Origin: Halocafeteria seosinensis
Taxonomy: Eukaryota
NCBI GenBank assembly: GCA_001687465.1
Contig: LVLI01000191.1
Coordinates: 1-36,268 of the forward strand
Reading direction: 5' to 3'
Length of the DNA stretch: 36,268 nucleotides
Below the pieces are notes generated by a model, which had not been told where the DNA came from, did no database searches, and saw only the letters and a list, made by a program, of their open reading frames with translations. The position numbers and the translations under genes were made by a program. Shown here piece after piece: positions 34,950 through 36,268 of the stretch. How positions within the stretch are numbered: position 1 is the first letter of the stretch; each line of letters opens with the position of its first letter.

Positions 34950-36070
34950 GTACAATGTACTGCCGTTTGCGGGCTTGCTGTTGGTGCGAACGAAAGTGGT
35001 GACAGCGGCGAAATCTCTACCGACGCATCCAAGATATAATTCTTTGAAATGAAGCACCTGAAAAAAGAGTGAATGCAAAAAAACACCAATGTAGAAAATA
35101 CCAAGGCATCCGGGAAAAAAAGTCAACACAATTGGGGTTTGTCGGAGTTCACGCGATCACCGCGCTAGTCAGCAATGTGATGTTCTCACTGCCCTGGCTG
35201 CAATCGACACCGTTACCGGTGCGTGGTAAGTACATGTATAGGGAGAGAGTGAGTTTTTCTTCTTGTACTACCACATGCCCTCAGTGGCGAGTCAGAGGTT
35301 TTGTGCCCTGCCTACTTTGGATTACAGGATACAGTTTCCTAGTTGAACCCACCCTTGGAGTCCTAAGGCTTGGACATTGGTACCTTGTTGAAGTCACCAA
35401 TTGACGACCCTTACTTGAAGATCCTTGCGGTAAAATAAAGCCTACCACCATGTGGCTATGTAGAACTTAAGCTTACCTTGCTCAGATTATTGAAACAATA
35501 CGTTCGTGAACATCTACGATAAGCACCGCTGGGCGGACGTACAGAATTGGACTGCTGGCTGCTGCTGCAGCATTGCTGCTTCAACCATCTGTGACTCACA
35601 GACTGTGAGTCATTCCACTTCAACGTCTCACACACCTGAGGTTGGTGCAGCACTACAGTAATGGTGCTGTGTTGTAGAATGTCCCGTATGTGCGTGCAGT
35701 TTGTGATGCTCAACGCGTTGTGTGGGAGAAGGCGTAACCTCGTGTAGCGGGCATTTACCAGAGTTAGAACGAGGAGTGTGTGCTGAAGTGTACGTACAGT
35801 AACGTGTTTATTGTTTTAGTACCCGTGATCACCAATGGCCAGAGTAGCGTCACGGGGAAATCATTTAATTTATTCTTTTCCTGTTCCATGAAGTCACTTT
35901 AATTTCTCCAACTTCCCCGTACTCTTGAGCAGCGTCACTTCGTTGTATATGTTGTACCTTGTGCAATGGTCGCTGAGGAGATTGACAATTCGTAGTTATT
36001 TCGAAGTCTTTCGGAAATTGCAAGCTGGATAATTCCGGGAATTCTATAAGTACCACCCGCCGGGTGATAG

Positions 36071-36268
36071 AGTATTTTAACCGGCATATAATAATTTATG
36101 CCGGATTATAATATAAAATGCCGGATTTATTTAATATAAAATAATAAAAAATGCCGGTTATAAGCTAAATTATAGGTGTAATTTTCAGTGTAATTTTTAT
36201 TAAATTCATCGCTAAATTGTCGGTGTAATTTTCGTACCCTATTAGTAATAATTTAGTTTGTATTTAAA
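36071..36268. repeat. AT-rich segment with nested direct and inverted repeats, running off the window; possible terminus of a mobile or viral element
   Basis: 46 G+C in 198 nt (23%, hand count). TAACCGGCAT (36078-36087) is the perfect inverse of ATGCCGGTTA (36151-36160). ATGCCGGATT occurs at 36098 and 36118. GCTAAATTnTnGGTGTAATTTTC occurs at 36164 and 36211. Confidence 0.7.

Noticed and set aside
36078..36233. CRISPR-like array
   Set aside because: Repeats are short, irregularly spaced and partly inverted, in a eukaryotic context with no cas genes.

Overview
Gene-dense eukaryotic DNA (roughly 45-50% GC, standard code, short GT-AG introns mostly 58-89 nt). It looks like a flagellated protist, most plausibly a heterotrophic stramenopile, but the species cannot be determined from sequence alone. 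Ten protein genes were reconstructed by hand: dynactin p62 (DCTN4), WAPL, a CDPK-like kinase, a polycystin-1-like membrane protein, a Janus/PHPT1 phosphohistidine phosphatase, Uso1/p115, an F-box + atypical kinase, a large ankyrin/TPR/RGS/IQ/WW protein, a small ankyrin protein and SPATA17. TTLL9 was also reconstructed, and there are a few uncertain ORFs. The top finding is non-coding: the ~1.1 kb gap at 21488-22574 holds a 13-nt telomere-template sequence (ACCCTAACCCTAA). It is flanked by a 5' boundary hairpin, a 3' H-type pseudoknot, a closing helix and a T7 run, which is the ordered architecture of a compact telomerase RNA. Other findings: an abrupt 23%-GC repeat-structured segment at the right edge (possible terminus of an endogenous virus or mobile element), a kinase with a WNK-like displaced lysine fused to an F-box, and convergent CDSs that overlap by 17 nt. 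All splice models, family calls and RNA pairings were made by eye; no searches or folding programs were run.
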